IMG/VR virus record: IMGVR_UViG_3300005286_000500
Location: 1 to 32,364 of that record
Reading direction: 5' to 3' (one strand)
Length of the DNA stretch: 32,364 bases
From: a virus
Lineage: Duplodnaviria; Caudoviricetes
Each line of letters starts with the position of its first letter. Position 1 is the stretch's first letter. The position numbers and the translations under genes are program-made. Positions 1 through 8,078 of this stretch are shown here, in pieces. Below the pieces are notes generated by a model. It was not told where the DNA came from and ran no database searches. It saw only the letters and a list, made by a program, of their open reading frames with translations.

Positions 1-1083
1 ATGGCTTCCATCACGCGCCGCGGCGACGGCTGGCTGGCTCAGGTCCGGCTCAAAGAGGCGGGCCGAATTGTATTTAGCGAGTCCAAAACGTTCCCGACCG
101 AGGCCATGGCCAGGAGCTGGGCGCAGCGCCTGGAAGCGAAGGTGCGCAAGGACGGGCCGGCGGTCGCCATCGGCGCGCGTATGACAGTCGGCGAGCTGAT
201 TGAGCAGCACCTGGGCTACCAGCGGAAGCTCCGGCCGCTGGGCCGCTCCACCATCGCCAACCACGAGTACATGGCCGGCGTGTTCAGCAAAGTATTGCTG
301 GGCGATCTGCGCGCGAAGCACCTGGTGGACTTCGCCGTGCGCCGGCGCGCGGAAGACGGCGTGACACCGGCCACGGTGCTGGCCAACCTGTCAGTGGTTT
401 CAGCCGCGATCCACGCGGCGCCTTACGCGCACGGTATCCCGGTGGACCCCAGCGAGGTGGACCTGGGCATGCGCAAGCTGCGCGAGGACGGACTCACGGC
501 CAAGAGCCGGGAGGTGATCCGGATCGTGAGCCAAGCCGAGGAGGACGCGCTGCTGGAACAGTTTGAGCGGCGCAACGCTCACCACCAGACCGCCATCAAC
601 ATGGTGCTGATCTACAAGATGGCCATCGCCCTGCCCCGCCGCGCCGGTGAGCTCACGCGCATGCGCTGGGCCGACGTGGACCCGAAGCGCCGCACGATCG
701 TGATTCGGGACGTGAAGCACCCGAAGCGCAAAGTGGGCAACGACCAGGTGGTGCCCCTGCTGGGTGACGCCTGGACGTTGTTGGAGCAGGTCCCAAAGCT
801 TGATGAGCGCGTCTTCCCCCATGACACCGACTCGGTTTGCGCCGCCTTCGAGCGCACGCGTGACCGGATTGCCCAGACCGGTATACCGAGCATCAAGGAC
901 TTGCGTTTCCACGACCTGCGGCACACCGGCATCACGCGGCTATTCCAGCATGGGTTGAGCATCCAGGAGGTCGCCTTGGTCAGCGGGCACACGAACTGGA
1001 CGCAGCTGAAGCGGTACACCCACCTGCAGCCTGAGGACCTGCACAAACACTTTCCAGAGCTCGACAAGGTGTTGGCCGATTGA
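1..1083 (+). CDS. int: Tyrosine recombinase/integrase (Rci/HP1-like clade, resembling dusA-associated integrases)
   Basis: Catalytic motifs RRAGE (R), VKHP (K), HDLRH (HxxR), SGH and RYTH (Y) are present. The N-terminal segment AQVRLK..FSESKTF looks like an arm-binding domain. Confidence 0.95.
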   Translation: MASITRRGDGWLAQVRLKEAGRIVFSESKTFPTEAMARSWAQRLEAKVRKDGPAVAIGARMTVGELIEQHLGYQRKLRPLGRSTIANHEYMAGVFSKVLLGDLRAKHLVDFAVRRRAEDGVTPATVLANLSVVSAAIHAAPYAHGIPVDPSEVDLGMRKLREDGLTAKSREVIRIVSQAEEDALLEQFERRNAHHQTAINMVLIYKMAIALPRRAGELTRMRWADVDPKRRTIVIRDVKHPKRKVGNDQVVPLLGDAWTLLEQVPKLDERVFPHDTDSVCAAFERTRDRIAQTGIPSIKDLRFHDLRHTGITRLFQHGLSIQEVALVSGHTNWTQLKRYTHLQPEDLHKHFPELDKVLAD

Positions 1084-1227
1084 CACCACAGCAGCAGTAC
1101 CAACCGCCGGCATTGGGAGCGCCGTGGGTCAATTACAGCCATATCCCCTGCCTGCTATCACGTGTGCGAGTTCGCCAGCGCCTTGCTCCCGCAGCAATTC
1201 GATAGATGCACGGCCGCTCCGAAATCG

Positions 1228-1250
1228 GAATTTCTCCCCGAATTCTCCCC
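1228..1250. repeat. Short tandem direct repeat GAATTTCTCCCC / GAATTCTCCCC
   Basis: Seen directly in the intergenic DNA downstream of int. It resembles integrase arm-type sites, but the function is unproven. Confidence 0.4.
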
Positions 1251-1320
1251 TGAGCGCCGCTTGGCCGCGTGGTCCAATCCAGCACCGGCACCAGCCGGTG
1301 CCGCACACAAGAGAAGACAC

Positions 1321-1551
1321 ATGACCGACACCGCCACCACGCTGCCGCACGTCATCGAGCAGATCGCGCAGGAATGGGACGGCCGCACCTACGAAGTCTC
1401 TGGCGAAGCCGTTGACATTGGCGCCGCAATCCGCGCCGCAGCTGCCCGGCTGCTCGCTGCGCCACCTGCCGCCAGTGCGGGCCCTGACCCGCATGTCTGG
1501 ATGCGTTCGGAGCTGAAGCGACTGGACAAGACGATCAGCAACGAACAGTGA
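1321..1551 (+). CDS. Small hypothetical phage protein (76 aa)
   Basis: The ATG at 1321 follows a purine-rich AAGAGAAG. The stop overlaps the next start (GTGA), and codon usage is phage-like. Confidence 0.65.
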   Translation: MTDTATTLPHVIEQIAQEWDGRTYEVSGEAVDIGAAIRAAAARLLAAPPAASAGPDPHVWMRSELKRLDKTISNEQ

Positions 1552-2564
1552 TATACGACCTGACACCGGAGCGCCCTTTCCGGCTTTCCGCTGTATACGG
1601 GCATGGCGCTGTGCTGCAGAGAGGGGTGCCTCATGTTTTCTGGGGCTCAGCGCCAGATAGCGCTTTAGTCCAAGCCGAGGCCGATTTCATTTCTGCGGCA
1701 GCGGTCTCGCGTGACGGCCAATGGATATTGAGCCTCGACCCACTTCCGGAGGGCGGCCCATACACGGTGAGCTTCTCATGTTTGGGCGAGACGATCACCC
1801 TGAACAGAATTCACGTCGGCGATGTGTGGCTAGTCGCAGGGCAAAGCAATGCCCGGAAGCACGCCAAACTCCAGCTTCCAGACGGATGCTCCGGTTACAG
1901 TGGCTTTGGCCCAACCAACAAGGGAATTTACCCAGACGACGTTTGGCAATCTCTAATTGATATTCGTCGCCAGTGGGTATCTCACGGCCAAGTATCAAGG
2001 TTCGGCGCTGCATTTGCCATTGAGATGCATGAGCAGCTCCAGATACCAATCGGTATTGCGAGCATCGCATTTCCAGGAACGCCAATCCAGTCCTGGTACT
2101 CGTCGGCCGGACACCCGAAGGCTGTGGGGAGCACCGCAAAATGGGTTCGGAAGTTGCCGCCCGCCACCATGGCGAAAGAATGGGTGCGGCCGCTATACCG
2201 CATGCCCGCTCGCGGCGTGGTGTGGTGGCAAGGCGAAAGCAACGTCCCAGCTCATGCTGACTATGCCGACCACCTGCAACGCATGATCGCGGAGTGGCGC
2301 AGTGGCCGTGGCGACCCCGACATGCCCTTCATCATCGTGAAACTGCAGTCAATCGCGACAGAAAGTGCGGCCGACCTGGAGGCCATGCGCGCGGCCCAAG
2401 AAGCTGCGGCCAAGAGTGCCGGTAATTGCATCCTGGTGGAGTCGGCTGACTTAGCCGCGTCCGGCGATGTGCATCCGCCACCGGAAGAGTTGGCAAGCAT
2501 CGGCCGGCGCGCGGCAGCGATGTACATCGCGGCAACGCCTTCTCTAGGAAGAAACTCACCGTGA
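1548..2564 (+). CDS. Sialate O-acetylesterase-like SGNH hydrolase (SASA/DUF303 family), accessory gene
   Basis: Motifs VGDVWLVAGQSN (catalytic Ser), WWQGESN and GDVHP (Asp-x-His) are present, with a SIAE-like N-terminus (VLQRG..WG..GGPY). GC is visibly lower than in the flanking genes. Confidence 0.85.
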   Translation: MIYDLTPERPFRLSAVYGHGAVLQRGVPHVFWGSAPDSALVQAEADFISAAAVSRDGQWILSLDPLPEGGPYTVSFSCLGETITLNRIHVGDVWLVAGQSNARKHAKLQLPDGCSGYSGFGPTNKGIYPDDVWQSLIDIRRQWVSHGQVSRFGAAFAIEMHEQLQIPIGIASIAFPGTPIQSWYSSAGHPKAVGSTAKWVRKLPPATMAKEWVRPLYRMPARGVVWWQGESNVPAHADYADHLQRMIAEWRSGRGDPDMPFIIVKLQSIATESAADLEAMRAAQEAAAKSAGNCILVESADLAASGDVHPPPEELASIGRRAAAMYIAATPSLGRNSP

Positions 2565-2700
2565 GCCGTGCTGCCGCCAAGCGCTGTTTCCAAGCGTCGC
2601 GGGTCGTGCGCAGCACGGTGAACAACTTATTCCAGGCCGCGCGAGTACATGATTTCCGCATCGCTTCTGCACCGTTTCCGCAATGCATGCCGGCACAACC

Positions 2701-3180
2701 TCAGCCGGCGTCTACGCACTGCCGGTACTCCGCTTGGCGGCGCAGCGTGAGCCCGCGCAGCGGCTGCCCACGGAACTTGTCCCAACGCAGGATCTCGGCA
2801 CACGCGCCGGCGTAGTCGCCGGCGTTGAGCCGCTTCACAAGCGTTGAGCTGCAGAAAGCCGCTACGCCGATGTTGTACGCCAAGCTCAAGTACGCGTCGT
2901 ACTCCGCTTGGTGTAGCTCCACGGTGACGCAGCGCTTGAGGCCTGCTTCGTCGCGCTGGATGTGCGCCAGGCTGCGCCGGGCACCGTCGAGCGGCGTGAT
3001 GCGGTCGCCGAGCTGCACCGGCGTGCCGTCCGCGCGCTGCGTCAGCCCGGGGCCGATCGTCGGCACGTCGCCGGGCACTGGGATGACAGCCCGTTCCGTC
3101 CACCCCTCTCGACCCCAGAGACCAATCAGCGCCGCAGCGGACAGGCTCAGGCCGGCAATCGCGACACGGCCCGATTTCAT
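2701..3180 (-). CDS. Endolysin, GH24 lysozyme with N-terminal SAR domain
   Basis: A Gly/Ala-rich hydrophobic N-terminus (VAIAGLSLSAAALIGLW) precedes the catalytic region EG..DVPTIG.G.T. AYNIG..FCSSTL and GLTLRRQAE motifs are present. The start overlaps the holin stop (ATGA). Confidence 0.93.
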   Translation of the reverse strand: MKSGRVAIAGLSLSAAALIGLWGREGWTERAVIPVPGDVPTIGPGLTQRADGTPVQLGDRITPLDGARRSLAHIQRDEAGLKRCVTVELHQAEYDAYLSLAYNIGVAAFCSSTLVKRLNAGDYAGACAEILRWDKFRGQPLRGLTLRRQAEYRQCVDAG

Positions 3181-3569
3181 TTCTGGCTCCCGTCGCGGTA
3201 GGCCTGGACCACAGCGGACAGCACGTCGCCGCTGTCCACCGGCACGCCGGAGCGCACGGCATGCCACAGGCCAACCATGGCACTCACCGCGGCAGCGATG
3301 CCGCCGGCCCAGCGCATCACGACGCCGAGGTGACCGAGCAGGCGCAGCCCGTTACGGCCAAACTCCAGCAGCTCGCGGATTTCAGTCGTGAGCTGTGTGT
3401 TCGTGGCCAGGCCATTTTCCAGCGCCGCAATCCTGTCTGCACCGCGGCGCAGCCGCTGCTCGATCGCATCCAGCCGTTGCTCCGGCGTCAGCCCTGCCAA
3501 GCACTCGCCGCCCACGTCATCGGCCGCTTCTCCATCCCGTGCAGACGTTTGCACTGCGTCACCACCCAT
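3177..3569 (-). CDS. Putative holin (coiled-coil N-terminus, one predicted TM helix)
   Basis: Lies immediately upstream of and coupled to the endolysin. An SD (GGGAGG) precedes ATG 3569, and it contains the hydrophobic segment WAGGIAAAVSAMVGLW. Confidence 0.65.
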   Translation of the reverse strand: MGGDAVQTSARDGEAADDVGGECLAGLTPEQRLDAIEQRLRRGADRIAALENGLATNTQLTTEIRELLEFGRNGLRLLGHLGVVMRWAGGIAAAVSAMVGLWHAVRSGVPVDSGDVLSAVVQAYRDGSQK

Positions 3570-3582
3570 GGGTGCCTCCCTG

Positions 3583-3612
3583 AAATGAAAATGCCCGCCA
3601 AGTGGCGGGCAT
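3583..3612 (-). terminator. Intrinsic terminator between the tail and lysis genes
   Basis: Minus strand reads TGCCCGCC-ACTT-GGCGGGCA followed by TTTTCATTT. Confidence 0.7.
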
Positions 3613-3645
3613 GGGTACTGCGTTGAGGTCCTGTCGCGCAATGCG

Positions 3646-3867
3646 TCACGACCACGGCCAGCTGATCGACTTCACGCTGCCGTCTGCCATGCGTCGCTTG
3701 ACCGTGAGTGCGGCCTCAGTGGACTGGAAGACCATGTCACCTGGGTTGTACGGAGTCGCACTGGACTGCGGCCGCAGCACGAAGCCTTCCGGCGACTGGT
3801 GGGCCATCCCACCCAGGTCGCCGTTGGTTGGGGTCTGGTTGTTTGCGGTACCTGAAAGCTGTGGCAT
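3646..3867 (-). CDS. Small tail-fibre-associated protein (73 aa)
   Basis: An SD (AAAGGA) precedes ATG 3867. It is the last gene of the tail cluster, with sequence DLGGMAHQSP..PGDMVFQ..DGSVKS. Confidence 0.6.
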   Translation of the reverse strand: MPQLSGTANNQTPTNGDLGGMAHQSPEGFVLRPQSSATPYNPGDMVFQSTEAALTVKRRMADGSVKSISWPWS

Positions 3868-3878
3868 GTCGCGTCCTT

Positions 3879-4121
3879 TTATGGCTGTTGCGCGGGCAGG
3901 CTCGCGGCGGTGGCCAGCAGTTCTTCGGCTTGCTCGCGACTTTCGAACCTGTAGAAGTGGGTTTGCACACCGGCGAACACGCGCTGCGGGGCCTTCGGCG
4001 TGACTTCGTACAGGCCGAGGCCTGGCAGCGGCGCCGTGCTGTTGATGTGCCAACCGGCCAGTTGTACGGCGGTGTCGCCGGTGATAGCGCACAGGAGGCC
4101 GATGATGTCGAGATCGGGCAT
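3879..4121 (-). CDS. Small tail-fibre-associated/assembly protein (80 aa)
   Basis: Has a strong SD (AAGGAG), lies directly downstream of the fibre gene, and carries a GWHIN..VTP..P.RVFAG pattern. Confidence 0.7.
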   Translation of the reverse strand: MPDLDIIGLLCAITGDTAVQLAGWHINSTAPLPGLGLYEVTPKAPQRVFAGVQTHFYRFESREQAEELLATAASLPAQQP

Positions 4122-4131
4122 CTGTTCTCCT

Positions 4132-5661
4132 TCACGCCGTCATAGCGATGCACTGCACGGCGGCCAGGCGCGCCGGGAAATAGGCCACGCACCCGAGAAC
4201 GCCGTTGACCTGGTTGGCACCCGCCGAGTCAGCGCCAAGGCATAGCGTCGACAGCGCCGCGGGAATAGCCGCACCGGTGCCGGCCCACACCTCGACCCCG
4301 TTGACGTACAGGGCCGCATCGAGCGCGCGATAGGCCACCATGACCCGTACCACCGCGCCCGCCGCGATGACCGCAGCCGTTGAGGTCACATCCACCCCGC
4401 CCGAGGTGATCGATGCCGCTACCTGGCTCGCCCCGCTCACGGCATTGCGTACGAGCACCAGGGCCACGCGATTGGAGGCGGTACCGTCATTCAGCGAGAG
4501 CACCACCGGCGCGGCACCGGTAGACACAGCCGCCGCCCGAATGAACTCGGCGTAGAGCGTGCCCTCCCCCTGCCGCAGCCACGCGCCCACTGACAGCGGG
4601 CAGGTTTCCGCGGTGCGCGTCGTTTGCGCGCCGGCGGTAGGAATCGGGCTGGTGGACAGCTCGCCCAGCTCGGCCTGACCGTGCCACACCAGGACACCCG
4701 ATGCACCGTCCCCGGTGTAGCTGGAAACGTTCGCCGTCGCGATCACTTGAACGCTCAGCGAGCAGCTTGCCCCGGGCGCGGCGATGGTGGTCGATGTGGC
4801 CGACACCCGATACCAACCATTCGGGTAGGCCTCAACCCGCGTGCGCGACGGGTCCGGGGTCGTGTACTCCCCGGTCAGCAAGTTGAGCTCCACGATGTTG
4901 GACGCCACTTGGTTGGCCAACGATCCCATATACACGCGCACGCGGGTGCGCTCCGCGGCCTTCACAAAGGCCGACACGGTATAGGTCGTTGATGCCACGA
5001 CGTTGAACGCCTGGCTCACGGTGTGTTGCGCCGTGGTGGCGGTTTCGTACACCCTCCAGGCCGACATGGTGCCGTCCGGGGCCAGATAGCGTGTCGCATC
5101 GAGCCCGACCACGGTGCTCTTGTTCCAGGCCGACTGGGACAGGTCGCTGCTGTGCAGCAACAGGTTTGTAGCCGCGGCCTCCACCATCACGCCTTGGCAC
5201 GCCAGGCTCATCGGATCATGCGCAAGGCGCGGCACGCCCGCGAGCACCGCTTCGACCTGACCGCGTCCGTTGATGCGCTGGGCCGTGGAGCTGCGCCCGA
5301 ATACCAGGCGCGGATCCACAAACCGCCCACTCGCAAACGGCAGCAGCAGTGATGGCGGCACAGTGGCGCGGGCCGTTGCCGAGCCAGACGCCAATGCGGC
5401 AACCGCGGCAGCCGCCGCGGTTGCATTGGCGCCGGCGCTGCTGGCCACGGCAGCGCTGGCCGCAGCCGCCGTCGAACTTGCAGACGCCTGCGCTGCTTTC
5501 GTTGCCGTCCCCTCAGCGGCGCTGGCCACGGCTCCGGCGACTGTCACGATGTCATGCACGAGCGGCAGCAGCAACCGCCGGTGACCGCCCGCTCCCATGC
5601 CAGTGTCCGGATCGTCATCGTCCGAGTATGTTCGGCCGTTGATATTCACGACGATAGTCAC
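4132..5661 (-). CDS. Tail fibre/receptor-binding protein with carbohydrate-binding (LamG/ConA-like) domains
   Basis: An N-terminal anchor and Ala/Ser-rich linker precede the motif FGRSSTA..PRL.HDP..GVMVE..TNLLL.S. It also has YPNGWYRVS and a beta-rich C-terminus. The start overlaps the upstream stop (GTGA). Confidence 0.75.
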   Translation of the reverse strand: MTIVVNINGRTYSDDDDPDTGMGAGGHRRLLLPLVHDIVTVAGAVASAAEGTATKAAQASASSTAAAASAAVASSAGANATAAAAAVAALASGSATARATVPPSLLLPFASGRFVDPRLVFGRSSTAQRINGRGQVEAVLAGVPRLAHDPMSLACQGVMVEAAATNLLLHSSDLSQSAWNKSTVVGLDATRYLAPDGTMSAWRVYETATTAQHTVSQAFNVVASTTYTVSAFVKAAERTRVRVYMGSLANQVASNIVELNLLTGEYTTPDPSRTRVEAYPNGWYRVSATSTTIAAPGASCSLSVQVIATANVSSYTGDGASGVLVWHGQAELGELSTSPIPTAGAQTTRTAETCPLSVGAWLRQGEGTLYAEFIRAAAVSTGAAPVVLSLNDGTASNRVALVLVRNAVSGASQVAASITSGGVDVTSTAAVIAAGAVVRVMVAYRALDAALYVNGVEVWAGTGAAIPAALSTLCLGADSAGANQVNGVLGCVAYFPARLAAVQCIAMTA

Positions 5662-6539
5662 GCGATGATCTCCTTCACTTCGTATGCATGGCCGTGGGTC
5701 TGGTAATGCGGGTTCTCGATCAGGCTCAACCGCCGCAGCCGCCCGTAAATGTTCCGTTGCAGCGAGAACTGGCTAGAGCCGGGATCTGGAATGACGACGA
5801 CCTCGCCATCAATCCCCACAGTGCGCTGCAGCAGCAGTACCGCGCCGTAGGCCTCGGCGTCATTCAGATTCCCAAGCCGGAAATTGAATATGCGCACCGG
5901 CGGGCGGCGCCCGAAAAACTCAACACCATCGAGGCTTTGATCGACGGTGGTTTCAGTTTCGTAGCCCAGGCCCGAACCCCATTCGTAGTTGTATTTCGGC
6001 TGGAATGCACGACCCATGAAAAGCCGCCCAAATTGCACATAGCCCGCCGGGTTTGTTGAGTCGTCAATCTCGACCGTCCACGTCGCCGGGTTCGTGACGT
6101 CATCAGCAGACGGCCAGAGCTTGCGTCCACCGGTCCAGACCAGTAGCGGTGTGAAGGCAGCGATGGTCTCCGCGTCCGGCAGACCGCTCCACCACCGGTC
6201 ATCCTCCCACTCCAGCTCTGCCGGGTCGCTACGCTTCCAGACGTCCATCCAGCCCGTGCTTCGAACCTTGCTGCCCGCCGCGTTGCTGGCGGTCACCTTC
6301 CACCGGGCCGCCGCGCTCAGGTTGTGAGCGACCAAGACGATGCAGTCGATCAGCGGTGGCCGGCCGGCGAACGTCGCGGTGAACTTCGTGGCGGCCGTGG
6401 CTGCCGATGTCGACCGGGCGACCCGCGCAAGCTCACGCGTCTGCAGGTTCGTGCGCGGCAGCGTGGACACCCACGCGCCGCCGGACAGCGTCGCGCGATC
6501 AGCATCGTTGCCCCAGGCGATCAGGATATTGGCCATCAC
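5658..6539 (-). CDS. Tail tip/distal tail protein
   Basis: A 293-aa beta-rich ORF in the tail module, abutting its neighbours on both sides. Confidence 0.7.
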   Translation of the reverse strand: MMANILIAWGNDADRATLSGGAWVSTLPRTNLQTRELARVARSTSAATAATKFTATFAGRPPLIDCIVLVAHNLSAAARWKVTASNAAGSKVRSTGWMDVWKRSDPAELEWEDDRWWSGLPDAETIAAFTPLLVWTGGRKLWPSADDVTNPATWTVEIDDSTNPAGYVQFGRLFMGRAFQPKYNYEWGSGLGYETETTVDQSLDGVEFFGRRPPVRIFNFRLGNLNDAEAYGAVLLLQRTVGIDGEVVVIPDPGSSQFSLQRNIYGRLRRLSLIENPHYQTHGHAYEVKEIIA

Positions 6540-8078
6540 CTACCCCCACAGCGTCAAGTACGCGCGCTCGCGCGCGAGATCCAGCTGCACGCCAAGCACG
6601 CGCAGCATCCGGCCGCTCTGGAGGCCGTAGCGCTTCCAGGTGAGTCGCACCGAGCAGCCCGGCGACAGCGATGCCAACGCCGAGGCGCTGGCCGAGATCC
6701 GCACCTCGAACATGTCACGGCGGACGCGGTAGAGAGCCAGCAGGCGCTGAGCTTCCAGCTTGGCATCGGCCAGGGTGTCGATGAGGCTGTCGACGACCAG
6801 GTCAGCAGCCTGCAGGTGCTGCAGCTTGATGCTGGCCTGTGCCGAGCGCTGCGGGCGCGTTGCCATGGCAAGCCAGGTGCGGCGCGCCGCCGTCACGGCA
6901 CCCGCAACGTCGCTTTGCACCGACCAATTCCGGTTGCCATTCACGGTGACACGCCACGCCGGCACGCCGGCGCCCGCATCGCGCTGCGCTTGGCGCTGGA
7001 TCTGCATGATCTGCCACGACTCGATTGCCATCGCCGGCACGTCACCTGCGGGGTCCACGAGCTGCCCCATGCGGAGCACACCCAGCGAGTCGAAGGCCCA
7101 CCATGCACCCACCGATGCGGCGACGCGGTCCATGGCCGCGCGGCACGTCGTTTCATCGCCAGACGGCAGCCAGAGGCCCAGCGCATACGGCGCAGCCGCG
7201 TTGAGCGCCGACACATCGGCCGCGGAGACATCGCCCGCGGCGAGCCCAGCGGTCAGCGCGAGCGACTGCAACAGCGAGCCGGCACGGGCCGTTGTGCCAG
7301 TGGTGGCAGTGACGTCGGCCGTGAGCTGGCCAGCCGGCAGCGATCCGAGACGGACGTAGCCGCCGGCCGGCCAGACACGGTAGCTCCCTGCCGCCGGCGC
7401 GGTGGTCTCCATCTCGGCCTGCGATGCGTACACCGCGCCCGCGGTGAGCGCGACGCCACGGTCATAGACCGCATCCACGGACGAAACCGAACCGTCGCTG
7501 ACCTGGTAGATCAGCCGGGCGCTGTTCACGCACGGCGGCGAGACGTTGCGCACCAGACCCCAGCAGCGTGGCTTGCGCTGGTCCGCCAGGTCGTCGGCGC
7601 CGCCCTCCAGCCCGGCCGGCAGCGCGTTGTCGCCGGCGTAGGTGTTGGGGCTTGCCGGCACGTCCAGCACCGCCTGCCTGTCGCGTACGCGGATCACGAC
7701 ACGGTCGCCCTCGAACGTCGCTTGCTCCATGGTGCCGGTCAGCACGCGCGACCATGCTGTTGGGTAGGCCGTGCCCGGCTCGCCGACACGCAGCACGATC
7801 TCCCGCCCGGCCCAGCCGTAGCCGATCCAGTCGTCAAGCGCTTCATCAACGTTCACGAGCACGACCTCGCCGGTCGAAACGCGGGAAGCGCCGCCCGTGG
7901 TGCCGGGCTCCCAGAGATCGGTGCGGTACAGCGCGGGCTGCTGCACCCGCCCCATGAACGCCGTGTGCGGCGGCGTGTCATCCGGGCCCGTGACGAGCGG
8001 GCCGCTGGACACGTAGAGCGTGCGCAGCGTCCCGGCCGCATCGACGGCTACCGTCATTTCGATCGCGTAGGTCTTCAT
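6540..8078 (-). CDS. Tail tip/hub protein
   Basis: A 512-aa ORF directly after the tape measure gene (ATGA overlap), containing a KPRCWG.VRNV.P motif. Confidence 0.75.
   Translation of the reverse strand: MKTYAIEMTVAVDAAGTLRTLYVSSGPLVTGPDDTPPHTAFMGRVQQPALYRTDLWEPGTTGGASRVSTGEVVLVNVDEALDDWIGYGWAGREIVLRVGEPGTAYPTAWSRVLTGTMEQATFEGDRVVIRVRDRQAVLDVPASPNTYAGDNALPAGLEGGADDLADQRKPRCWGLVRNVSPPCVNSARLIYQVSDGSVSSVDAVYDRGVALTAGAVYASQAEMETTAPAAGSYRVWPAGGYVRLGSLPAGQLTADVTATTGTTARAGSLLQSLALTAGLAAGDVSAADVSALNAAAPYALGLWLPSGDETTCRAAMDRVAASVGAWWAFDSLGVLRMGQLVDPAGDVPAMAIESWQIMQIQRQAQRDAGAGVPAWRVTVNGNRNWSVQSDVAGAVTAARRTWLAMATRPQRSAQASIKLQHLQAADLVVDSLIDTLADAKLEAQRLLALYRVRRDMFEVRISASASALASLSPGCSVRLTWKRYGLQSGRMLRVLGVQLDLARERAYLTLWG

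Noticed and set aside
1-5661. Rci-like recombinase near a tail fibre gene, suggesting a shufflon or invertible fibre system
   Set aside because: I found no repeated inverted recombination sites or alternative fibre C-terminal cassettes. The protein fits an integrase better.
3646-5661. Diversity-generating retroelement targeting the fibre
   Set aside because: No reverse transcriptase and no template/variable repeat pair is visible in the window.
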